Assembly: GCA_963694535.1 (NCBI GenBank)
Contig: CAVODE010000003.1
Location: forward strand, 1-49,093
Length of the DNA stretch: 49,093 nucleotides
Direction: 5' to 3'
Origin: Dehalococcoidia bacterium
Lineage (GTDB): Bacteria; Chloroflexota; Dehalococcoidia; UBA2979
Positions 1-8,924 of this stretch are shown here, in pieces. The notes beneath the pieces are model-generated. The model had not been told where the DNA came from and made no database searches. It worked only from the letters and a program-made list of their open reading frames with translations. The first letter of the stretch is position 1. Every line of letters begins with the position of its first letter. Position numbers and translations under genes: made by a program.

Positions 1-723
1 TTAGTCGGCGACGCAAAATTAACTCTTGCTGCTCTTATTCCCGAGGTTCGTGCACTGGTAGGTGATGGTGGACGGGGACGAGCAGACGGTATTGCAGCAG
101 AAATTGCTTCTATCCGCGACGAATGGATAACTGACTGGCGGCCGCGACTTGATGACAACAGTGCTCCACTATCACCCTACAGAGTTATTCGTGATTTACA
201 TGCAACGGTGGATGTAGATAACACGATCATCACGCATGATGCTGGTAGTCCCAGAGATCAATTGTCGCCATTTTGGACTACAGATGTACCACTGAGTTAT
301 ATCGGCTGGGGGAAAACTACACAGCTGGGATATGGGCTTGGTCTGGCTATGGGTGCGAAATTAGCTCGCCCCAATAAGCTCTGTATAAACGTGTGGGGTG
401 ACGCGGCTATTGGATTTACAGGAATGGATTTTGAGACGGCCGTCCGTGAGAATATTCCAATTTTATCTATTCTGTTCAATAATTTTTCGATGGCAATTGA
501 GTTACCGATTATGCAAGTGGCTCGTGAGAAATACGGGTCTACCGATATTTCAGGTAATTACGCTGATATGGCTAAAGCTTTTGGTGGTTACGGTGAGCGT
601 ATTGAACGACCAGAGGATATTATCCCCGCAATTGAACGAGGTATACAAAAGACTCAGGAGGGTACTGCGGTACTTCTAGAGTTTATTACTCAACAGGACC
701 ATACCTATTCAGTCTTCAAATAG
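1..723 (+). CDS. Thiamine pyrophosphate-dependent enzyme (acetolactate synthase-like), 5'-truncated by window edge
   Basis: Frame is open from base 1 (LVGDAKLTL...PLSPYRVI...). C-terminal TPP-binding motif WGDAA...FNN and LGYGLGLAMGAKLA. Confidence 0.9.
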   Translation, partial: LVGDAKLTLAALIPEVRALVGDGGRGRADGIAAEIASIRDEWITDWRPRLDDNSAPLSPYRVIRDLHATVDVDNTIITHDAGSPRDQLSPFWTTDVPLSYIGWGKTTQLGYGLGLAMGAKLARPNKLCINVWGDAAIGFTGMDFETAVRENIPILSILFNNFSMAIELPIMQVAREKYGSTDISGNYADMAKAFGGYGERIERPEDIIPAIERGIQKTQEGTAVLLEFITQQDHTYSVFK

Positions 724-780
724 TATTTGGGGTTATCAGGATTATCTTGTATCCCATACTGCATAAGGGGTTGTGTCTCA

Positions 781-915
781 TAGGTGATCTACGTTGATCT
801 AGGTCTATCTGGAGTTATGTGGCCCGTTTGTGGCCCGAAATTGCCCCGTGCAGGTCGAAGGATCGGCTGGCCTTCTCTTATAGGTGGGGACTGCCTGTAG
901 ATATTTTGCTGAATT
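781..915. repeat. Copy A of diverged ~80-bp direct repeat with arm-type-like short repeats
   Basis: TGTGGCCCG-tt-TGTGGCCCG at 818-837. TGCCCCGTGCAGGTCGAAG (842-860) matches 2184-2202 at 18/19. Degenerate ~10-bp tandem units TAGGTGATC/TACGTTGATC/TAGGTCTATC at 781-809. Confidence 0.65.
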
Positions 916-998
916 CTCGGATCGAGGAGTGGGAGGTCGCGAGGAAGGGGGCCCGTCCCCGTATGAGGGAGGGGTGGTCGCTCCAGGCAAAACCGGGG

Positions 999-1796
999 CT
1001 ATTCCCCTACGAACGCGTGCACTTCTCCCAAGGGACCCAGATCGCCGATGAGCTCGTCTCCCGGTTTCGCCAGGTACATACCGGTTAGGCTACCGGTGCT
1101 GACGTATATGCCCGCAGGCAGTCCGACCCCGACTCGAGACAGTTCGTTGGCGATCCAAACGAGGGGCGCGAGCGGGTGCTCCACCGCGTCGAAGATGCGC
1201 CCTTCACGGCGTTGAGTGCCATTGACGCGCAAAGCGACATCGCCCGCGCTGAAATCGTGGGAACGCCACCCGACGATCGCTTCCCCGAGTACGAGGGTTC
1301 CCGATCCACTTCCATCGGCAAGGATCGCATTCAAGGGCGGGAACCGGTCATCGTGCGCGAAACGGCACTCGGCGATCTCGAGGCCCGGATGGATCGATCC
1401 TACGACGTCCTCGATATCGTTACGCAGATAGGGAGACGACCGAGGAGGCAAGGGTGCTGACAATCGAACCACGAGTTCAACCTCGACGAGGGGGTGAAGC
1501 AGCCTGCGGCCTTCGAGTCGCATCGGTGAGAGGTGGATCTGCGGCTCGTAGACGGGACCGTAGATCGGTGCGTTAGCTCGCAACCGCCTTTGCATCTCCG
1601 GCTTGAACGCTGCAATTTTCCATCCAGCGACGTTCCAGCCAAGGCGGCGCGACACCTCACGCGACACTCGATACGCCGCATCCGTATCGCCTGGAACGAG
1701 GTCGAACGCCAACCCACTTTGCTGCCGGTTCTCGAAACGAAGGGCGGTAAGCAGTTCCGCTAAACGCTCGTTCTCAACGGTTAGGCCTATGTCCAT
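999..1796 (-). CDS. 2-keto-4-pentenoate hydratase / FAH-superfamily hydratase-decarboxylase
   Basis: GWKIA, EVELVV, GLEIAECRF, HPLAPLVWIAN and STGSLTG motifs of the MhpD/HpcG family. GC-rich (37/60 in line 1201-1260). Confidence 0.88.
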   Translation of the reverse strand: MDIGLTVENERLAELLTALRFENRQQSGLAFDLVPGDTDAAYRVSREVSRRLGWNVAGWKIAAFKPEMQRRLRANAPIYGPVYEPQIHLSPMRLEGRRLLHPLVEVELVVRLSAPLPPRSSPYLRNDIEDVVGSIHPGLEIAECRFAHDDRFPPLNAILADGSGSGTLVLGEAIVGWRSHDFSAGDVALRVNGTQRREGRIFDAVEHPLAPLVWIANELSRVGVGLPAGIYVSTGSLTGMYLAKPGDELIGDLGPLGEVHAFVGE

Positions 1797-1933
1797 AGGG
1801 CAGTATCCACAGTGTCGACAGAGGTGAGCAACGTGCTGGTATGCACTTGCGTAAGGACGATCGTTTCTCCCTTACCCCTCATTTCGCAATACCACCTTCT
1901 CCAATTCTTACCAGGTATGTCAATAAACCTCAT
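1787..1933 (-). pseudogene. Possible N-terminal remnant of an alpha/beta-hydrolase (48-aa ORF)
   Basis: Manual translation MRFIDIPGKNWRRWYCEMRGKGETIVLTQVHTS... with GAAGGA upstream. The first 27 aa resemble hydrolase N-termini (Y-x-x-x-G-x-G-x-x-I-V-L) and similarity ends near 1850. Confidence 0.35.
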
Positions 1934-2015
1934 GATGAATTTCCTTCACGTTAGTGAGTAACGTTGTAACTATACTCAAAAAAAGTACTGGGAAAAATTG
2001 GGGGAGTGTACAGGG

Positions 2016-2170
2016 CTACCACTCCGAATCGGGCATTAAGAAGTTCCGCCCATCATATGTAGGGGCAGGATAATCGTGTTTTTTAATGAACTCTTCTTGC
2101 ATTTCTTTTTCAACTTCACGGAATTCTCTCTGGTAAGAAGCCCAAGCCCAATTCCACCGCGAATCACGGG
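2016..2170 (-). pseudogene. Start-less C-terminal gene fragment, family unknown
   Basis: Manual translation ...RDSRWNWAWASYQREFREVEKEMQEEFIKKHDYPAPTYDGRNFLMPDSEW*. Protein-like composition. The 5' side runs into repeat copy B with no start codon at the 5' end of the open frame. Confidence 0.4.
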
Positions 2171-2256
2171 GGTGCCCAAATTGTGCCCCGTGCGGGTCGA
2201 AGTTTTGCTCGGCTGCCTTCTTAGATGGGGGAGTCGCTGTCGATATTTAGCGAGAT
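2171..2256. repeat. Copy B of diverged ~80-bp direct repeat
   Basis: GTGCCC-aaatt-GTGCCC at 2172-2188. Shares TGCCCCGTGC.GGTCGAAG, TCGGCT(G)GCCTTCT and CTGT.GATATTT.GC blocks with 842-909. Confidence 0.65.
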
Positions 2257-2339
2257 CCCAAAGCAAGGGCGGGGTAGTAATTGTGAGTTACGATCAGGGG
2301 ATGACATTTCATATTCTTCACAGTGGTAAGCGAAGAGAA

Positions 2340-3014
2340 ATGTCCGATTGGCTAACATCACTATTTCCAAAAATTCGCCCCGCTTTCATTGCCGATGATG
2401 GTTGCTGGATAGCATCTATGATGACGCGTAGTGCCGAACACAATCCTCCTTGGGCATGGATAGGCTGGGCATTTGACTCTGTGAGTGAAAATGGAGAATT
2501 TACTCGACTTCAAGAGCGAATGATAGAAATGCATGGGGAGAAGAGTTGTGGTGGGCAGGAAGTACTTGATGAAGCAGCCCGGCTGCTGGTTAGTGAGACG
2601 TGCGCTACTGCTTGGAGTGTGCAAAACTTCGGTTCAAACAATCTCCCACGATCAGATGGAGCTCTCTTCGAGATCAATACATCTTGTAACTGGATCGTCT
2701 CAAGTGATGGGGATATGAACTTTGCAATCAATGTCGTGCGGCTACAGCCAGCGAACACTCAACAGGAAATTTTGCAACAGATAATTGACGCCATAGAAAT
2801 AACCAAACTCACTAAACCAGAGGGAATGACTCTAATTTATTTATATGTGGATATTTGGCATGACGGTCCTGGTTATGCGCACGGGTTTGGATACAATATC
2901 GACGTAACCCAGCCAATTATTGATAGTCTTTCGATTTATGCGGGCGAACTCGGTATTCGGTATGTTCTTACAAAACCCTTCCAGTGGGGTAATCCTGTAA
3001 CTGAATGGCTTTAG
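2340..3014 (+). CDS. Hypothetical protein (224 aa)
   Basis: Long ORF with protein-like composition from MSDWLTSLFPK. The upstream in-frame extension to 2076 crosses the repeat and gene fragment and looks spurious. Confidence 0.7.
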   Translation: MSDWLTSLFPKIRPAFIADDGCWIASMMTRSAEHNPPWAWIGWAFDSVSENGEFTRLQERMIEMHGEKSCGGQEVLDEAARLLVSETCATAWSVQNFGSNNLPRSDGALFEINTSCNWIVSSDGDMNFAINVVRLQPANTQQEILQQIIDAIEITKLTKPEGMTLIYLYVDIWHDGPGYAHGFGYNIDVTQPIIDSLSIYAGELGIRYVLTKPFQWGNPVTEWL

Positions 3015-3087
3015 GCGACTGAGCTTAGTTAGAAATTATTCCGAATTTTTAAGATTTAGGATGACATTCTCTTTGCTGTAACTTGGT

Positions 3088-5292
3088 TTATAGAGAAGCG
3101 AAGCGGCGAATAACATTTTCGAGCATTTTCGAAACACCATTATCTCCGGCATTGTGATTGAGGCTGCCACAAAAGCAAATGGATCCAACAGAGAATATTG
3201 CGCCACCGTTAGGCTTGGGGCAGTAGACGATTTCCGCTCGGATCAAATCTTCCGGGTCTTCACCAGTTTCTGTCCTCGTGTGAGTGAGTAATTCCTCCGG
3301 AACTGCTATAAAGCTCTCGCTATGATTTTCACTTACTGCAAGAATCACTGTCTCTGGTGGAGTGCCAAGCTCCTGGTCTGCCCGATCCAGCTCGAATCCC
3401 GCAGCGCCTCCCCCACTAAATCCATAATCACCTAGCTTCTCTTCGCCGACACCGTCGAAAATCCACGACACATCCTCGTCGTAACTTTCACGTGTTCGTT
3501 TGTAATACGAACTTTCAAAAAGCCCCTGTGCTGAAAAACCCACGCCTACAAGTTTTTGTGGAGGCCGCCCATTACGCCTCCATAACCCACCATATCCGCC
3601 ATCTAGTTGATGGTGAGATTCGCCAGGCTTAGGCGACCAAGCACGAATTCCACCTTCGGCCCGACGCAGTTCGATAACACCTGGGAGAGTAGGAACACGC
3701 GTGATTTTCCAGTAAAAACCGTTACCCCCAAGGTATACCAAATTGCCACCCGAATCGACGTAACTTTGAAGGGAATCCAGCATCTTGGCCGTATGATATT
3801 CCGGGTGTGAACTAGTAAGGATGGTGTCGTAGCTCGCAAGTAATTCTAGGCCTTCGTCGTCGAGGTCCTCGTCAGTGACTACATCAAACGAGATCCCTTT
3901 TTTTTCCAACCAATATAAAAGATGGGTATCAGCTGGAAAATGCCTTAAACCAGATCCAGCTTTGTCAGTAAAGGTGATATAACCGGGTCGAACAGTCAGC
4001 GCTGGCCGGAGCCGAGATGATATTGATATACCTGTTCCATCGGGGTGAAAATTATATGTGGAACGCCCGTAGATTGGATAATCATCTGGATTGAAAGGGG
4101 TGGCACCCCACTCTTTCATTCGAGTTCGCATCTCAGCATCACAATTACCACGTGCATGATTTGTGTAGGCCTGGTGAGTAAATGTAGATGCCAAAAAACA
4201 GATTTTGTTTTTTGGGCCACTTTTGTCAGGTAGTACGTAAAAGGGAAGAATATCGGTGGAGTCGTCTTTTTTAAGCCGCACGCCATAAACACCACTTGGA
4301 GTGTCTGACGGGATCGTTATTTGAAAATCAGTCTTCCAACGGCAGTCATAGAGGTCGTCTTCATGGAAATGGATCGCGGCATACTCACGTGGGGCCTTTT
4401 GCCAATCCATTTTGTCCCCTGACCAACGGGCACCTGACATTCCTCGGTACGGAATATTAATTAATCTGCCGGAAAGCCCGAATGGCCCTCTATCAACAAT
4501 GCTTTGAGTATTGATACCAATTGCAAAGTCCCACCAAGCTAGGATGGCACCTGAGGGCGCTTTGTCCGGAAGTGGCACCGCTCTTGGTTCTAAATATAAT
4601 TCATTATAAAACGCAGGATCTTCTAAACGACCGTTGAAATGGTCCTCGGAAATCGCTTCGGTTTTGCGAGCTGCAAAGACAAGAGGAATCTCATCTGGGA
4701 GTGGTGCGAGGTCTCTCGACTCGGATAGACTTTTTACCTTCTCGTCTTTAAGGTCCCGTACACCCAGAACCAGGCGACTTTTGGAAACATCATAGCCCGC
4801 CCAAACTTGATGCCAATTCTTGTACTTTAATGCATCGGGTAATTCGACTTGGTATAGTTCTGATTCAGCTGCTTGATATGAAAATACAAGCTTTCCTTGT
4901 TTGGTACTTAGTTGCCACCCAACTCCCTCACTATCGAGCGCACTAGCGATCACTGATGTCTCTTCTTTGAGAAGCCAGGGCTGAACTAGTACCGTAAATA
5001 GCATCACCTCGCCGGTGAAATAAACATTACCAGGAACGACAGCATATGACCCTATGTTGATGTCTTGGGGCCGCGCTCGGTAGGTTGGTTTCAGGCCAAA
5101 ATCACGTGGTTCGTATAAGACGCCGGGGCCCTCAGGATTTGGGTCAGCGGAAATAATTCTGACCGTATCGACGTCATATGTTCCCTGAAAAGCGGCACTG
5201 ACTTTAACTGAAATTGATTCTCCCTGACGGGCAGACATCGGATCAAGGTAGCCCGTGATTGGGAGGACAGCTTCTTTCGATTCGTTTGTCAT
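3088..5292 (-). CDS. N,N-dimethylformamidase large (beta) subunit family protein
   Basis: 734 aa. LamG-like N-terminal insert, AIHFHEDDL, QAYTNH, STYNFHPDG, HPEY, YLGGNGFYW, GAAGFELD and FSVGSI motifs. Confidence 0.9.
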   Translation of the reverse strand: MTNESKEAVLPITGYLDPMSARQGESISVKVSAAFQGTYDVDTVRIISADPNPEGPGVLYEPRDFGLKPTYRARPQDINIGSYAVVPGNVYFTGEVMLFTVLVQPWLLKEETSVIASALDSEGVGWQLSTKQGKLVFSYQAAESELYQVELPDALKYKNWHQVWAGYDVSKSRLVLGVRDLKDEKVKSLSESRDLAPLPDEIPLVFAARKTEAISEDHFNGRLEDPAFYNELYLEPRAVPLPDKAPSGAILAWWDFAIGINTQSIVDRGPFGLSGRLINIPYRGMSGARWSGDKMDWQKAPREYAAIHFHEDDLYDCRWKTDFQITIPSDTPSGVYGVRLKKDDSTDILPFYVLPDKSGPKNKICFLASTFTHQAYTNHARGNCDAEMRTRMKEWGATPFNPDDYPIYGRSTYNFHPDGTGISISSRLRPALTVRPGYITFTDKAGSGLRHFPADTHLLYWLEKKGISFDVVTDEDLDDEGLELLASYDTILTSSHPEYHTAKMLDSLQSYVDSGGNLVYLGGNGFYWKITRVPTLPGVIELRRAEGGIRAWSPKPGESHHQLDGGYGGLWRRNGRPPQKLVGVGFSAQGLFESSYYKRTRESYDEDVSWIFDGVGEEKLGDYGFSGGGAAGFELDRADQELGTPPETVILAVSENHSESFIAVPEELLTHTRTETGEDPEDLIRAEIVYCPKPNGGAIFSVGSICFCGSLNHNAGDNGVSKMLENVIRRFASL

Positions 5293-5575
5293 ATTAAAAC
5301 CCTTTCGACTTAATCAACTTCGCGCTTTAGAAGTGACAATGTTACTTTCTTTTATTGCTCATTTAAGCACTGTTGTAGTTTCAACAACCTGCTCCTTCTG
5401 GGTATTCCCATATGATAATCAATCTGACTACGATTAGACCGAATTGTGAGTGCCTATCTGCTGCTTGCGCTGGGGATCACTAATTTGAGTGTTCCTGTAG
5501 GTAGTATTTTTTGCTGCTTCATTAGTTATGTTTTTGAAAAAGAGGTAGAATTCCATCAACAGGAATGGAGGAGAT

Positions 5576-6448
5576 ATGAGACTCTCTGCGACCTTTAAAG
5601 TAGGCAATATTTCGGTCGCGGCACTTTCTGATGCTGCCGCAAAAATGCCGCTTCCGAGATTTTTTAATGAAGTTCCGAATGAAGAATGGACCTCGGCCCT
5701 TTCGATTGATAGTCCAGACGAGTCAGTACCGTTTAATTTCGGGTCATTTTTGCTTCGAGGTAATGGTCGAACAGTACTTCTTGATACAGGTTTTGGTGAA
5801 CAAGGTCCATATGCGGCGGCTGAGGGCGCAGCGGGGTTACTGGACCGAATTCGCGATTTAGGAGTCGGTTTGGACGAGATAGATGCCGTAATTCATACCC
5901 ATCTTCACTTTGATCATGTGGGCTGGAACACAGTGACGGAGGATAACGAAAGAGTTCCTACATTTAGGAATGCTATCTGGCGCGTGTCCGACGAAGAAAT
6001 TAATTGGTGGAATGGCGGAGCTGTGCAACCACATCCGGATTATGAACACATACTTAGAGACGTCTTTGATCCGATCGTGGAAACTGGAAAAGTCGAGTCA
6101 TTTTCCGGCGAGACACTAGTTGAACCCTTCCTTACATCGATTCCTACGCCCGGTCATACGCCTGGGCACACCTCATTTTTACTTTCGTCCGCCGGTGAGC
6201 ATTTACTTTTGGTTGGTGACGCGGCACATCATCCAGAGCACCTTGTTCATCATGATTGGGTTCCCGCCGTGGACAATGACCCAGCGGAAACAACACGGTC
6301 TCGTAGGCGTATTGTCGACCTTGCGATTGAGAAAGATGCAATGGTGACTGGTGGGCATTTTCCAATTTTGACAGTCGGAAAACTATCTAAAATCAACAAT
6401 GAAGTCAGTTTTTTGGAGGTCGATATCAATGAAACTGATGTGTTTTAG
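5576..6448 (+). CDS. Metallo-beta-lactamase-fold hydrolase (lactonase / methyl-parathion hydrolase-like)
   Basis: LLDTG, HTHLHFDH, TPGHTPGH, GDAAH and GGHF motifs. Strong GGAGG RBS. Confidence 0.9.
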   Translation: MRLSATFKVGNISVAALSDAAAKMPLPRFFNEVPNEEWTSALSIDSPDESVPFNFGSFLLRGNGRTVLLDTGFGEQGPYAAAEGAAGLLDRIRDLGVGLDEIDAVIHTHLHFDHVGWNTVTEDNERVPTFRNAIWRVSDEEINWWNGGAVQPHPDYEHILRDVFDPIVETGKVESFSGETLVEPFLTSIPTPGHTPGHTSFLLSSAGEHLLLVGDAAHHPEHLVHHDWVPAVDNDPAETTRSRRRIVDLAIEKDAMVTGGHFPILTVGKLSKINNEVSFLEVDINETDVF

Positions 6449-6538
6449 GCTGGTTATTAGATTTATTGAAAACACGACGAATTTACACCTATCGTTTATT
6501 ATCAATAATGAACATATTTATATCAGTAGGAGGTAGTG

Positions 6539-6853
6539 ATGGCTAAGTTTTTACTTGTTGGGTCATATGGTCCTGAAGCGCTAGCAGCTGCGACGAGTCA
6601 AGGTTTTGAGAGTCGTGTGAAGTATATAAAAGACCTGGCAGAATCACTGGGTATGACGATAGAAACTGCTTATTTTGCATATGGCGATGATGATATTGTT
6701 CTTATTGGTGACGGTACCTCTGAGGCCGCATTAGCTTTTTCCCTAGCAGTTAACTCATCCGGTGCCGTAGCAGCAACAATCACTCCATTGATTACTGCGG
6801 CGGAAATGGACGCAGCAGCGGCCAAAGTTCCTAACTACCAGCCACCAAAATAA
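6539..6853 (+). CDS. GYD domain-containing protein
   Basis: ~104 aa. SYGPEA...R...AESLG...YFAYGDDDIV...TPLITAAEMD...NYQPP pattern. AGGAGG RBS. Confidence 0.8.
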   Translation: MAKFLLVGSYGPEALAAATSQGFESRVKYIKDLAESLGMTIETAYFAYGDDDIVLIGDGTSEAALAFSLAVNSSGAVAATITPLITAAEMDAAAAKVPNYQPPK

Positions 6854-6892
6854 AAAGCTAATTGAAGTCCAGTATTTGATCTCTGATTATTG

Positions 6893-7969
6893 CTATGCGA
6901 GATGTAGTGAGGTAGCTATTTCCTCTATTAGGGCTTTCTGTGCAGGAGTGAGTTCTTGGCCGGGCATATCATCCCTGCCAGTTTGGTCACTAATTTCAGT
7001 TCTGAAACCGCTTAGCGCTTCGATTGTGGCGAGTCCACAAAACGGCACGTATCGCTTGGAATAGCCACCTTCATGCGAGAGTACCAGTTTGCCGTTGCAG
7101 GTATCCGCAGCAATCGCCATTAGTTCTTTTGTAAGATCTCGGTACGCCTCGGCTGTGAGTAACATTCTGCCTAGCGGGTCATACACACTCGCGTCAAATC
7201 CGCATGGCACCAAAATCAATTCAGGCTGAAAGGCCCTAACTGCCGGGCCAACGATGCGCCTGAATACTGTTTCATAGGCGCCTCGGCCTGAACCAGCAGG
7301 GAGAGGGATGTTTATGTTGTAATTTTCGCCAGAATTTACGCCGCGCTCTATAAATTTCCCCGACTCTGCTGGGAATAAGCCATCTTGATGAATTGAAATA
7401 GTTAGCACATTTGAATCTTCGTAGAAGGCTTGTTGTGTGCCGTTCCCGTGGTGGACATCCCAGTCGATGGTCGCAATTCGTTCGATTCCCCACACCTCTT
7501 TGGCGTGCATTGCAGCCAGGGCGACATTAGCAAATATGCAGAAGCCTCTACCTAAATCTCTTTCGGCATGATGTCCAGGTGGCCGTACCAGTGCGTACGC
7601 GTTATTGACGTCGCCTTTGAGTACGGCATCAGTCGCAATTATTGTCCCGCCCGCCGCTAGTTTAGCTATTTCGTACGAGCCTGCACCAAATGGTGTACCT
7701 GGCCCAGCCGATCCACCATACGCGTCGCTCAAGGTCCGTATTCGTGTTACATACTCCTCCGTGTGAAATCGCAATAGTTCTTGCTCGGACGCCATTCTTG
7801 GTTTGAGCTGAACTAATTCTTCGCTTAAGCCAGAAAGATCGAGTAAGTTTTTAAGCCTCCGTTTAGTATCGGGATTTTCGAAGTGTTCGTCAGGTTCAAT
7901 ATTTGAGGCAGCACCACTTCCAGTGTCATGCCACATATATTTTTCGTGCCAAACAAATCCAGTAGACAT
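6893..7969 (-). CDS. Class II histone deacetylase-family amidohydrolase
   Basis: RPPGHHA, GFC, DWDVHHGNGTQ, GFDA and HEGGY motifs all intact. Confidence 0.93.
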   Translation of the reverse strand: MSTGFVWHEKYMWHDTGSGAASNIEPDEHFENPDTKRRLKNLLDLSGLSEELVQLKPRMASEQELLRFHTEEYVTRIRTLSDAYGGSAGPGTPFGAGSYEIAKLAAGGTIIATDAVLKGDVNNAYALVRPPGHHAERDLGRGFCIFANVALAAMHAKEVWGIERIATIDWDVHHGNGTQQAFYEDSNVLTISIHQDGLFPAESGKFIERGVNSGENYNINIPLPAGSGRGAYETVFRRIVGPAVRAFQPELILVPCGFDASVYDPLGRMLLTAEAYRDLTKELMAIAADTCNGKLVLSHEGGYSKRYVPFCGLATIEALSGFRTEISDQTGRDDMPGQELTPAQKALIEEIATSLHLA

Positions 7970-8041
7970 TTCGCCGGTTCCTATTCTCAGTTTGCTAGGA
8001 GTCTAGCAAACTTAAGCTATTTTTTGATATTGATTTCTTAA

Positions 8042-8845
8042 TTAACTGCTTGCAGACCGGCCGCCATCGACTCGGAGTGCCACGCCACTAATAAACTTAG
8101 CTTCTTCTGAATGTAGGAATAGCGAGGCATTGGCAATATCCCAGCCCGTTCCCATTTTCCCGCCTAACGGTACCTGACTATTTCTCTGCGCTACTAATTC
8201 AGCCCGGTCTGCACCTGCGGTGACACGGGCTTCTATAGCCATCGGTGTATTGATTAGTCCGGGTAGAATCGTATTCGCGCGAATCGAATATTGAGCGTTT
8301 GCAGATGCCAGATTTTCAGTGAGGGCTATTATCGCGGCTTTGGTGGTTTTGTAGCCTATAAATGGATACGACCCTGAGAACACAGCCATAGATGAAATAT
8401 TGATAATAGATCCGCTTTGCTGCTCTCTCATATGTGGAAGAGCGTGTTTTGATGGCAGCCATACCCCCCTCAGGTTGACCGCATATATTTGATCGAATGC
8501 TTCTACTTCTAGATCTGTGGCCGACCCATCTTTAAGAGCTACGCTGGCTCCAACATTGTTATGTAGAATATCGATTCGACCGAATTCACTAATACAAGTT
8601 TTTATTGCAGCGGCTATCTGCGATTCGTCAGTAACGTCCGCCTTGCACGAGATTGAGATGCCATTGTCATCTTTGATCAGTTGGCTAGTTTCTGAGGCAG
8701 ATTCAAGATCTCGGTCAACAACTACTACCCGCGCGCCTTCACGAGCTAGTACAAGAGCTGTTGCTCTACCGTTTCCGACGGTTTCTCCAGAGGTCTGTCC
8801 GCCTCCTATTACAATTGCGACTTTATCTTGAACTCTCCCTGACAT
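8042..8845 (-). CDS. Short-chain dehydrogenase/reductase
   Basis: GGG..GETVGNGRA nucleotide-binding loop, LHNNVG, NISS, YKTTK catalytic motif, VDGG. Alternative start at 8863. Confidence 0.9.
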   Translation of the reverse strand: MSGRVQDKVAIVIGGGQTSGETVGNGRATALVLAREGARVVVVDRDLESASETSQLIKDDNGISISCKADVTDESQIAAAIKTCISEFGRIDILHNNVGASVALKDGSATDLEVEAFDQIYAVNLRGVWLPSKHALPHMREQQSGSIINISSMAVFSGSYPFIGYKTTKAAIIALTENLASANAQYSIRANTILPGLINTPMAIEARVTAGADRAELVAQRNSQVPLGGKMGTGWDIANASLFLHSEEAKFISGVALRVDGGRSASS

Positions 8846-8924
8846 GAGCGCTAATTCCTCCATAACGATTCATGATTGAACTCGATTTTTGCACGACACT
8901 AGTGTATGTCAATTTAGATTCAGA

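Noticed and set aside
2076-2339. 88-aa N-terminal extension of the 2076-3014 ORF
   Set aside because: Atypical composition and it overlaps repeat copy B and the minus-strand gene fragment. ATG 2340 is preferred.
5293-5575. DMFase small subunit in the intergenic gap
   Set aside because: Only very short minus-strand ORFs were found, so this is a divergent promoter region.
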